Positions 1 through 7,297 of a stretch of 39,252 nt of DNA are shown one piece after another. Location: contig JANQHZ010000535.1 of the NCBI GenBank assembly GCA_028282445.1, forward strand, positions 1 through 39,252, written 5' to 3'. Both the position numbers and the translations under genes were made by a program. Position 1 is the stretch's first letter. Every line of letters begins with the position of its first letter. Under the pieces are notes generated by a model. The model ran no database searches. It saw nothing but the letters and a program-made list of their open reading frames with translations, and was not told the DNA's origin. This DNA comes from Candidatus Binatia bacterium (GTDB taxonomy: Bacteria; Desulfobacterota; Binatia; HRBIN30; CADEER01).

Positions 1-147
1 GACCCCATCCAATCCGCGGCCGGCAAGCGGGTCGTCCTCAGGCGCAAAGGCCGTACCGTGCACCTCGGCGCCGCGCTCGAGTAGCAGGCGGCCGAGGTGA
101 CGCCCGACGAATCCGTTGACGCCGGTGATGAGGAATCGTTCGGCCAT
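1..147 (-). CDS. NAD-dependent epimerase/dehydratase family protein, N-terminal fragment (gene runs off the left edge)
   Basis: Reverse-strand ATG at 145-147. My own translation reads MAERFLITGVNGFVGRHLGRLLLERGAEVHG..., which contains a GxxGxxG Rossmann NAD-binding motif. Absent from the ORF track because it has no stop codon inside the window. Confidence 0.6.
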   Translation of the reverse strand, partial: MAERFLITGVNGFVGRHLGRLLLERGAEVHGTAFAPEDDPLAGRGLDGV

Positions 148-154
148 GCGTGCG

Positions 155-559
155 TCAGGCGTCCTTCGTACCCGTGCGCCCGTAACGGTCGTCGAGACGT
201 ACGACGTCGTCCAGCTCGGGGGTCGACACTTCGACCACGTCGGAATCGGTGCGCGCGGTCAGTCGATGCCGGCGGCCGGGTTTGAGGTGAACGCTTTGGC
301 CCGGCTGCAGGACGTGCGTCTCGAGTGCATCCTCGTGATCGCCGAGCTCGATCTCGAGCTCGCCGCTGAGCAGATACATCGTCTCGTCCTTGACCTCGTG
401 GTACTGCAGGCTCAAGGCATGCCCCGCCTCGACGTGGAGGATCTTACCGACGTAGGCGTCGGTATGCCCCCAAATCAGCTCGTACCCCCAGGGCTTGTCG
501 ACACGCCGGCCGGTGAAAACGCCGCGTGGAAGTCCTTTGTCTCGATCTCGATTGTCCAT
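155..559 (-). CDS. Cupin-domain protein (mannose-6-phosphate isomerase type II C-terminal-like cupin)
   Basis: 134-aa ORF with cupin motifs (KPWGYELIW...G.ALSLQYHEVKDETMYLLSGELEIE...PG..HRL). Lies 9 nt downstream of the UbiA-family gene and 7 nt upstream of the epimerase start, on the same strand. Confidence 0.8.
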   Translation of the reverse strand: MDNRDRDKGLPRGVFTGRRVDKPWGYELIWGHTDAYVGKILHVEAGHALSLQYHEVKDETMYLLSGELEIELGDHEDALETHVLQPGQSVHLKPGRRHRLTARTDSDVVEVSTPELDDVVRLDDRYGRTGTKDA

Positions 560-568
560 CGTCGCAAT

Positions 569-1681
569 TCAGTAGAGCAGCAGCGCGGAGGTGATCACCC
601 ACAGAACGACGCCGGCTTGCAGCGGGCGGTCGCTCAGCAACAGCTGCGTCGGATTACCTCCCTCTTCTTTCTGGTGAACGAGATACAGGTACCGGAAAAT
701 CCCGAACAGAACGAACGGTATGGTCAGGTAGAGCTTGTCGGTGCCGAGCTTCGAGTGCACCTCGGGCGACGCCGTGTACGACGCGTACGCGATGACGGTC
801 GACGCGGTCACCACCGAAATCATCTGGTCGAGAAAATACGGGCTGTACTCTCGCAGAGACGACCGGTGCTCGGTGGCGTTCTCCTCGAGCAATACGATCT
901 CGTGACGGCGCTTCGAGAAGCCGAGAAACAGCGCCAGCAAGAAGGTACAGATGATCAGCCACGGCGAGATCGGCACGCCGATCACCAGGCCGCCGCCGAC
1001 GGCCCGCAACACGAACCCGGACGCGATCGCCATCACGTCCAGAATCACCATGTCCTTGAGCGAGAATGTGTACGCCACTTGGAGCAGCAGGTAGGCCACC
1101 GTGAGCAGGGCGAACGGAACGCCGAGCAGGAACGCTCCGACGGTCGCCGCCACCATCATCAGGGCAGACAGCAGAATTGCCGAGCTGCGCCCGACTCGGC
1201 CGGCCGGCAACGGGCGCAAACACTTGCTCGGGTGTTGACGGTCGCGCTCGCAGTCGCGCACGTCGTTCATGATGTAGGCGCCGCTCGCCACCATGCAGAA
1301 GCACAAGAAGGCGCCACAAACGGTCAGGAAGGAACCCGGGTCGAACAACCGACCGGAAAACAACAAGGCGGCGAAGAGCAGCAGGTTCTTCGACCACTGC
1401 GCCGGCCGCATCAGTTGCAGCCAATCGGTCAGCGCGCCGCGCGGCACGGCTGCCGCCCCACCGTCCGCCCCCGCCGTCTCCGTTTCCCTCGCGTCTTCCA
1501 GCTTCCATCTCCCGGCGCGGCACGGTCCCGCGTCTGCCACAGCGCCTGTCGTGAATTCGAGAATGTTTACCAGATCGCTCGAGGGCTTCCCAGCGCGCCT
1601 TGACCCGGATGCTCGGTCCTGAGACATGAGCTTCGAGCGCTGGAGCGATGGTGCAAACGAGAATGTCTCAGACGAAGCCAA
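569..1681 (-). CDS. UbiA prenyltransferase family protein, decaprenyl-phosphate phosphoribosyltransferase-like
   Basis: 370-aa ORF with multiple TM helices. Contains RPAQWSKNLLLFAALLF followed by the YIMNDVRDCERDR Asp-rich motif typical of UbiA-family and DPPR-synthase-like enzymes. The true start may be the internal ATG at 1625-1627, because 1681 leaves only 17 nt to the divergent nth gene. Confidence 0.8.
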   Translation of the reverse strand: MASSETFSFAPSLQRSKLMSQDRASGSRRAGKPSSDLVNILEFTTGAVADAGPCRAGRWKLEDARETETAGADGGAAAVPRGALTDWLQLMRPAQWSKNLLLFAALLFSGRLFDPGSFLTVCGAFLCFCMVASGAYIMNDVRDCERDRQHPSKCLRPLPAGRVGRSSAILLSALMMVAATVGAFLLGVPFALLTVAYLLLQVAYTFSLKDMVILDVMAIASGFVLRAVGGGLVIGVPISPWLIICTFLLALFLGFSKRRHEIVLLEENATEHRSSLREYSPYFLDQMISVVTASTVIAYASYTASPEVHSKLGTDKLYLTIPFVLFGIFRYLYLVHQKEEGGNPTQLLLSDRPLQAGVVLWVITSALLLY

Positions 1682-1698
1682 TCGGCGGGCAGTAGAAC

Positions 1699-2388
1699 AT
1701 GGGGGCGAGGACGGCAGGCCGCGGGTCGGTCACCGACATCTACGCGGCGCTCGACCGCGAGCATCCCGATGCGACTCTCGCACTCGACTTCGATTCGCCG
1801 TTCCAACTGCTGGTCGCGCTGATCCTGGCCGCCCAATCCACCGACGCGAAGATCAACCAGATCTCGCCGCCGCTGTTCGCCGAGCTGCCGACCCCCGCCG
1901 CGCTCGCCGACGCGCCCGCCGAGCGCCTGGAAGAGCTCATTCGTTCGTCGGGATTCTACCGCCAGAAAGCTCGCACCCTACAATCCTGTAGCCGCGCCCT
2001 GGTCGAGCGACACGACGGGCAGGTTCCGTCCGACCTGGAAGCGCTGCTCGCCCTGCCCGGCGTCGGCCGCAAGACCGCCAACATCCTGCGCGGCAACGCG
2101 TGGGGGATCGCCGGGATCGGCGTCGACACGCACGTCGGCCGCCTCTCGCAGAGATTCGGCTTCACGACGCAAAAGGACCCCGACAAGATCGAAGCCGACC
2201 TGACCCGCCAGGTTCCCGAGGATCTGCAGATCCGCTTCTGCCATCTCCTTCAGTTCCATGGGCGCCGCGTCTGCCACGCTCGCAAGCCGGCTTGCCCCGA
2301 CTGCGTCGTCGCGAGCGCGTGTCCCTACCCCGACAAAACCGAGCCGGCGACACCGCCGGCGAAGCCGAAGCGTTCGAAGTGGGTTTGA
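1699..2388 (+). CDS. nth: Endonuclease III (DNA-(apurinic or apyrimidinic site) lyase)
   Basis: 229-aa ORF with an HhH-GPD core (LPGVGRKTANIL, VDTHV) and a C-terminal 4Fe-4S loop CHARKPACPDCVVASAC (C-x6-C-x2-C-x5-C). Confidence 0.9.
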   Translation: MGARTAGRGSVTDIYAALDREHPDATLALDFDSPFQLLVALILAAQSTDAKINQISPPLFAELPTPAALADAPAERLEELIRSSGFYRQKARTLQSCSRALVERHDGQVPSDLEALLALPGVGRKTANILRGNAWGIAGIGVDTHVGRLSQRFGFTTQKDPDKIEADLTRQVPEDLQIRFCHLLQFHGRRVCHARKPACPDCVVASACPYPDKTEPATPPAKPKRSKWV

Positions 2389-2635
2389 TCATCCTGCCAC
2401 ATTGACCCCGCCCGCCACTTGCCAACCCACCCGTCGCTGTGACCGCGAACACACTCTGCAAGCCGCGTGCGCTGCACACATGCCTTGACGCGTAGCGTCA
2501 CCGCGCTGCAGCAAGATGTTTTTTGCTTGGCATTTCTTGGCGACCGCGCTAGAGACTGAAAGTACATCGTCAACAGGCCAGGGGGGGCGTGACGGGGTGG
2601 TTGAGGGGACGGCCACGACCAGGGACCTGATTGAT

Positions 2636-3133
2636 ATGAATCGTGTCGAAATCCACGAGGTGCCCAAAGCCGCGGTCGCGGCTCATCTGGAACGGCTCGG
2701 GCTCGATTTCGAGCCGTCGATGCAGCAGTCGCGTTACGACTTCCTGGTGGAAGGTCGGATCCGACTCGCGCTTCGAGTCGCTTTTCCCAGCGCATCGAAA
2801 CGACGGGTGCACGTCGGCGGTCGCGACTACAACTACGTCTACCACGCGTGGAACTTTAATTTTCACCACCGCGGCAAGGTAGGCGATCGTTATGCCGACT
2901 TCTTCGCCTGCGTTCCGCTGCTCGCCGACCGCGAGCTCGATCTCTCCCAGACTTTCGTGATTCCGTGGGATGCGATCAGCGGCAAGACCTTCTATCTGCC
3001 CGACTCACGCCGACCCTATGCCGGAAAGTTCGCGCCCTTCCGCAATGCCTGGGAGCTGCTGACATCCGCGGCCGACATGGTCGAGCACACCGCAATCGCC
3101 GACGACGACAACGAAGACGCGCAAGTCGTGTAG
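2636..3133 (+). CDS. Hypothetical protein (possible nuclease-like fold, unverified)
   Basis: The ORF track gives 2516-3133. I prefer the ATG at 2636 (MNRVEIHEV...), which is preceded by AGGGA. No confident motif. The YDFLVEGRIRLALRV stretch only loosely resembles a PD-(D/E)xK core. Confidence 0.45.
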   Translation: MNRVEIHEVPKAAVAAHLERLGLDFEPSMQQSRYDFLVEGRIRLALRVAFPSASKRRVHVGGRDYNYVYHAWNFNFHHRGKVGDRYADFFACVPLLADRELDLSQTFVIPWDAISGKTFYLPDSRRPYAGKFAPFRNAWELLTSAADMVEHTAIADDDNEDAQVV

Positions 3134-3190
3134 CGGCCCGATCGGTCATCGGCACTGTACGGGGCGCCCCGGTGGGGCTATACGGTTCCG

Positions 3191-4192
3191 ATGCACAAAT
3201 TCAGCTCCCGCAAGCTCGCACGCCGCCTGCCCTCTTTTCTTTGCGTTGTCGCCCTCGCCTTCTCGGCAAGCGGTTGCTTCGTAATCACCGGCGGCCTGAA
3301 TCCCTTCCCTTCCGCCGGCAAGCCGCTCGAAGAGCGTGAGGTGTCGGGCAGCGGCACCCCCCGCATCGTGCTGCTCGACATAACCGGCGAGATCACCAGC
3401 GAGTCGACGGGCTCGGCCTTCGGATTCACGGTGCAGGAGAGCACGGTCGCGCGAATGGAAGCGGCGCTCGGCATGGCGGCCGAGGACGACCGCGTCGTCG
3501 CGGTCATTCTCCGGCTCAATAGTCCCGGCGGCACCGTTACCGCGAGCGATATCCTCTACCAGCAGATCAAGCGCTACAAAGAGGAGACATCGGTTCCGGT
3601 CATCGCCGAGGTGGTGGACGTGGCCGCCTCCGGCGCCTACTACGCCGCCCTCGCCGCCGACGAGATCGTCGCACACCCGACCTCGATCGTCGGAAGTATC
3701 GGCGTCGTCCTGCAGAGTGTCAGCCTTGCCGGACTGATGCAGAAGATCGGCGTCGACAACCAGACCATCAAGACGGGCGAGATGAAGGACATCGGATCGC
3801 CGCTCACCGAGATGACCGACAGCGAACGCGCGGTGCTGCAGAGCGTGGTGAACGACATGTACGCGCGCTTTCTCAACCTCGTGCACGAAAACCGGCCGAA
3901 CCTCAGCGCCGAGATCGACGAGCAATTGAAGGACGGCCGCATCTTCAGCGCACAACAGGCGCTGCAGGGCGGCTTGATCGATCGCATCGAGTATCTCGAC
4001 GAAACCGTCGAGCGCGCCAAACAGACGGCAGGGGTCGAGGACGCGACCGTGGTCGTCTACCGACAGCCGAGCGAATTCGTCCGCGGCGTCTACTCACGAG
4101 CGGACGGCATGCCGCTGCAGATGAATCTTCTCAACGTCGACGCGGCGGCACTCTCGAAAACGCCGCGTCTGCTCTACCTGTGGAATCCCTGA
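3191..4192 (+). CDS. sppA: Signal peptide peptidase SppA, 36K type (lipoprotein-like N-terminus)
   Basis: 333-aa ORF. Lipobox-like LAFSASGC, then the ClpP/crotonase-fold SppA signature (RLNSPGGTVTASD..., AASGAYYAA, GSIGV, KTGEMKD). Confidence 0.85.
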   Translation: MHKFSSRKLARRLPSFLCVVALAFSASGCFVITGGLNPFPSAGKPLEEREVSGSGTPRIVLLDITGEITSESTGSAFGFTVQESTVARMEAALGMAAEDDRVVAVILRLNSPGGTVTASDILYQQIKRYKEETSVPVIAEVVDVAASGAYYAALAADEIVAHPTSIVGSIGVVLQSVSLAGLMQKIGVDNQTIKTGEMKDIGSPLTEMTDSERAVLQSVVNDMYARFLNLVHENRPNLSAEIDEQLKDGRIFSAQQALQGGLIDRIEYLDETVERAKQTAGVEDATVVVYRQPSEFVRGVYSRADGMPLQMNLLNVDAAALSKTPRLLYLWNP

Positions 4193-4229
4193 ATCGTACG
4201 GACTGCGACGAGAGCGACCGGATAGCTCG

Positions 4230-5663
4230 ATGACGCGGATCTGGTTGCTGTTTGCCGGAACCAGCGCGCTCTACTTTCTCGCGGGCAACGAAGCCGACAA
4301 CGACCTCTGGGTTCACCTCCTGCTCGGCAAGGACATCTTGTCGACCGGCACGATCCCGCGCGTCGACCACTTATCGTTCACCGCGTCCGGCGCAGCGTGG
4401 GTCGACCACGAGTGGCTGGCGCAGGCGCTGTTCGCCCTGGTCTACGACCTCTCCGGCGCGAGCGGACTCTGGCTCACCAAATCGGCAATCGGACTCGCCG
4501 CCGCGTGGCTGATCTGGATCGGCATCCGTCGCAGCGAAGCGCCGACCGCCCTTGGCGTCTTCGTCATGGTGCTGACGCTGGCTTGTCTATCGCGCGGTTT
4601 CGCGGTTCGGCCCCAGATCTTCACATACCTCTTCGTCCCCGCGCTCTTGCTCTGGCTCGACACGATGCGAAACAAGCCGCCGGCGGCGGCGATCCCGATC
4701 GTCGCGCTCTGGATGTGCGCGTGGAGCAACTTGCACGGCGCTTTCATCGTCGGCTTGGGAATCGTCGGACTGTGGTCGATCTCGCCGCCCTGGCGCCATC
4801 TGCCGGCGCGCCTGGTGTTGCCGGCGGTGGCGCTGGCGGCCGCATGCATCAACCCCTACGGCCCCTATCTGTTCACCTACATCTGGGGCGAGCTGTCGAT
4901 GCCGCACCCACTGACCGAGTGGCAACCGGTCACCTTCGGCGACCCGGCGCATTGGCCGTTTTGGACGATGCTGATCGCAACCGCTGTCACCCTGCCCTTC
5001 GGCCGCATGGTGCGCGCCTCGCCGTGGCGCGCCGCCCTGTTGGTCGTAACCACCTATCTCGCCTTGCGCCACCAACGGCACGTTCCGCTCTTCGCGATTT
5101 GCGCGGCGGCGCCGCTCGCCGACCAGATCGCCGGTCTTGCCGTTCGCGCCCGCGGCTTCGAGCTCTCGCAGGCGGCGCTGCGCATCGTCGGGGTCGCGGT
5201 GCTGGCGATGTCGCTCCTCCAACTCGGCCTGCTGGCGACGCGGACCGCGGCGGACGGCGGCACGATCGTCTACCAGGCCGAAGACTATCCCGTCGGAGCC
5301 GTGCGCTACGCTCGCGAAAACCATCTCGAAGGCAACCTCGCCCTGCCCCTCGATTGGGGCGCGTACGCACTCTGGCATCTGTCGCCCGCAATGCGGGTCT
5401 CGATGGACGGCCGCTTTGCCACCGTCTACACCCCGCCGGTGGTCGAGAAGAACTTCGATTTCTTCAGCGGCGTCGACGACGACCTGCTGACCGAGCACCG
5501 GGCGGACTACGTCCTCAACTTTTCGTACACGACCCTCGAGGCGCTGCAGGCGCACGGCTACCGGCCCATCTTCCGCGACCGTTCGGCGGTCCTGTACGGC
5601 AAGCAGCCTGCCGCCCCGCCAGTCACCGCCGACACCCCGCGCGGCCGACTGCCGTTTCCTTGA
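4230..5663 (+). CDS. Polytopic inner-membrane protein with C-terminal soluble domain (GT-C-like glycosyltransferase candidate)
   Basis: 477-aa ORF with roughly 10 hydrophobic helices followed by a soluble C-terminal domain of about 110 aa. The coding call is supported by length and hydrophobic periodicity. The function is a guess. Confidence 0.65.
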   Translation: MTRIWLLFAGTSALYFLAGNEADNDLWVHLLLGKDILSTGTIPRVDHLSFTASGAAWVDHEWLAQALFALVYDLSGASGLWLTKSAIGLAAAWLIWIGIRRSEAPTALGVFVMVLTLACLSRGFAVRPQIFTYLFVPALLLWLDTMRNKPPAAAIPIVALWMCAWSNLHGAFIVGLGIVGLWSISPPWRHLPARLVLPAVALAAACINPYGPYLFTYIWGELSMPHPLTEWQPVTFGDPAHWPFWTMLIATAVTLPFGRMVRASPWRAALLVVTTYLALRHQRHVPLFAICAAAPLADQIAGLAVRARGFELSQAALRIVGVAVLAMSLLQLGLLATRTAADGGTIVYQAEDYPVGAVRYARENHLEGNLALPLDWGAYALWHLSPAMRVSMDGRFATVYTPPVVEKNFDFFSGVDDDLLTEHRADYVLNFSYTTLEALQAHGYRPIFRDRSAVLYGKQPAAPPVTADTPRGRLPFP

Positions 5664-5751
5664 AAAGGGTCCGTTCGCTCCCGGAACTTGAGCCAACGCC
5701 TCCACCCGTCCGAGAGGTATCGAGAGACAGGCCATACCGGGAATCGGACCC

Positions 5752-5864
5752 AGGCTGAGGCGGAGGCGAGGCTAGGGTTGAGGATGGCGGGGATTCATCG
5801 GCCACGGCAATAGCCGTCGCGCGCTGCGCGACCACCACCCTTAGCCTCGCCCGAGCCTCAGCCT
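5752..5864 (-). repeat. Palindromic REP/MITE-like intergenic element, copy 1 (inverted relative to copy 3)
   Basis: Arms GGCTGAGGCGGAGGCGAGGCTAGGG / CCTTAGCCTCGCCCGAGCCTCAGCC flank a core containing the hairpin GTCGCGCGCTGCGCGAC. The reverse complement aligns along its length with 11023-11129. Confidence 0.75.
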
Positions 5865-6001
5865 ATCGCCTCGATCGTCAATACGGGAACGTAAAGGTAC
5901 GCAGCTCCCTCGAGGCGGAGGGGGCGTACGCTCGGGATCGAACCGCCCCGCCCCGCCGAGCTATCTGGCGCGACCAGCCGATTGCCGGTACAGCTTTAGC
6001 T

Positions 6002-7066
6002 ATGGCCACACCGCAGGAAATTCTCGAGGACCTCAAGAGCGTCAACTACCCCGGCTACACCCGCGATATCGTATCCTTCGGAATCGTTCGGGACATCGAG
6101 ATCGGCAGCGATACCGTGACCGTCACGCTCGCGCCCGGTGGCGCCAGCGAGCAAGCCGTCGCCGAAATCCGAGCCAATGTCGAGAGCCGTGTCCAGGCGT
6201 TGACCGGCGCCAAGGTCGAGATCACCGTCGACGCGCCACCGCCGCCGCGCCACCGCGAGCCGCCGCGCCGCAACGACATCCCGGGCGTCAAGAGCATCGT
6301 CGCCGTCGCCAGCGGCAAGGGCGGCGTCGGCAAGTCGACCGTCGCCGTGAACCTGGCCCTGGCCCTGCAGGCCAAGGGGAAGAAGGTCGGGCTACTCGAC
6401 GCCGACGTCTACGGACCGAGCGTCCCGCTCCTGCTCGGCATCGCCGAGTCGACCGCAGGCAGCGACGGCGACCGCATCCAGCCGATGAAGGCGCACGGAC
6501 TCACTGCGATTTCGATGGGCATGTTCATCCACCGCGGCCAACCGGTGATCTGGCGCGGTCCGATGATCAACAAGTTGCTGACGCAGTTCTTTCGCGAGGT
6601 CGACTGGGGCGAGCTCGACTACCTGATTCTCGACCTGCCGCCCGGAACCGGTGATGCGCAGCTCACGATCGCGCAGCAGGCGCCGCTCGCAGGTGGCGTC
6701 ATCGTCACCACGCCGCAAGACGTCGCCCTGCTCGACGTGCAACGCGGTATCGAGATGTTCAACCAGGTCGGTGCTCCGGTGCTCGGCGTCGTCGAGAACA
6801 TGTCGTTCCACGTCTGCCCCGAGTGCGGCAACCGCTCCGAGATCTTCGGACACGGGGGCGGCAAGAGCATGGCCGACAAATCCGAAATCGCCTTCCTCGG
6901 CGACATCCCGCTCGCCCGCACCATCCGCGAGACCAGCGACGACGGCAACCCGATCGTCGCATCCGCACCCGACGGCGAGCACGCCAAAGCCTTCGCCCAA
7001 CTCGCAACCCGCGTCGAAGAAGAGCTCGGCAAGCAAGCTCACGAAGAGCTACCGATGATTCACTGA
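6002..7066 (+). CDS. apbC: Mrp/NBP35-family Fe-S cluster carrier ATPase (ApbC) with N-terminal DUF59/MIP18-like domain
   Basis: 354-aa ORF. N-terminal ILEDLKSVNYPGYTRDIVSFGIV (DUF59-like), deviant Walker A VASGKGGVGKST, and the CPECG CxxC motif characteristic of Mrp/ApbC. Confidence 0.9.
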   Translation: MATPQEILEDLKSVNYPGYTRDIVSFGIVRDIEIGSDTVTVTLAPGGASEQAVAEIRANVESRVQALTGAKVEITVDAPPPPRHREPPRRNDIPGVKSIVAVASGKGGVGKSTVAVNLALALQAKGKKVGLLDADVYGPSVPLLLGIAESTAGSDGDRIQPMKAHGLTAISMGMFIHRGQPVIWRGPMINKLLTQFFREVDWGELDYLILDLPPGTGDAQLTIAQQAPLAGGVIVTTPQDVALLDVQRGIEMFNQVGAPVLGVVENMSFHVCPECGNRSEIFGHGGGKSMADKSEIAFLGDIPLARTIRETSDDGNPIVASAPDGEHAKAFAQLATRVEEELGKQAHEELPMIH

Positions 7067-7067
7067 A

Positions 7068-7135
7068 GAGGCTGAGGCGAAGGCTCAGGCGAGGCTGAGG
7101 ATGGTGGTCGCGCAAAGCGCGACGGCCCTCGCCGA
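7068..7135 (+). repeat. Palindromic REP/MITE-like element, copy 2 (left arm plus core only)
   Basis: GAGGCTGAGGCGAAGGCTCAGGCGAGGCTGAGGATGGTGGTCGCGCAAAGCGCGAC matches the left arm and core hairpin of copy 3. The right arm has degenerated. Starts 2 nt after the apbC stop. Confidence 0.65.
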
Positions 7136-7169
7136 GACCCAATGCAGCCCGCCCCAATAACTGAGTGGC

Positions 7170-7190
7170 CCCCCCTTTGAAAAAGGGGGG
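7170..7190. terminator. G/C-tract hairpin between convergent genes (possible bidirectional terminator)
   Basis: CCCCCCTT-TGAAA-AAGGGGGG is a perfect 8-bp stem with a 5-nt loop. It lies between the 3' ends of apbC (+) and the 630-aa gene (-). No clean U-run follows, so it is not a classical intrinsic terminator. Confidence 0.3.
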
Positions 7191-7297
7191 TTCGGGGGGA
7201 TTTTCAGATCGCCCCCTTCCGACGAGTCCCCCTCGGTCCAACTATTTCAAAAGGGGAGTTCGTTCGCGAAGCGGATTGGATCGCTTACCGTCGCCGC

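Noticed and set aside
116-1603. 495-aa plus-strand ORF
   Set aside because: It is antisense to the cupin and UbiA-family genes. The product is Arg/Gln/His-rich low-complexity sequence with no motifs, which is the typical spurious long ORF of high-GC DNA.
3146-3955. 269-aa minus-strand ORF
   Set aside because: It is antisense to sppA, which has clear family motifs. The product is low-complexity and rich in Asp, Gly and Val.
4397-5758. 453-aa (+) and 382-aa (-) ORFs overlapping the membrane-protein gene
   Set aside because: They are alternative frames of the 4230-5663 gene. Their products are Arg/Pro/Gly-rich, whereas the chosen frame gives coherent TM helices.
5934-5944. T-loop-like GGTTCGATCCC (minus strand), suggesting a tRNA or tmRNA fragment upstream of apbC
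   Set aside because: I could not build an acceptor, D or anticodon arm, or even a complementary T-stem, around it. This is most likely a chance match or a very degraded fragment.
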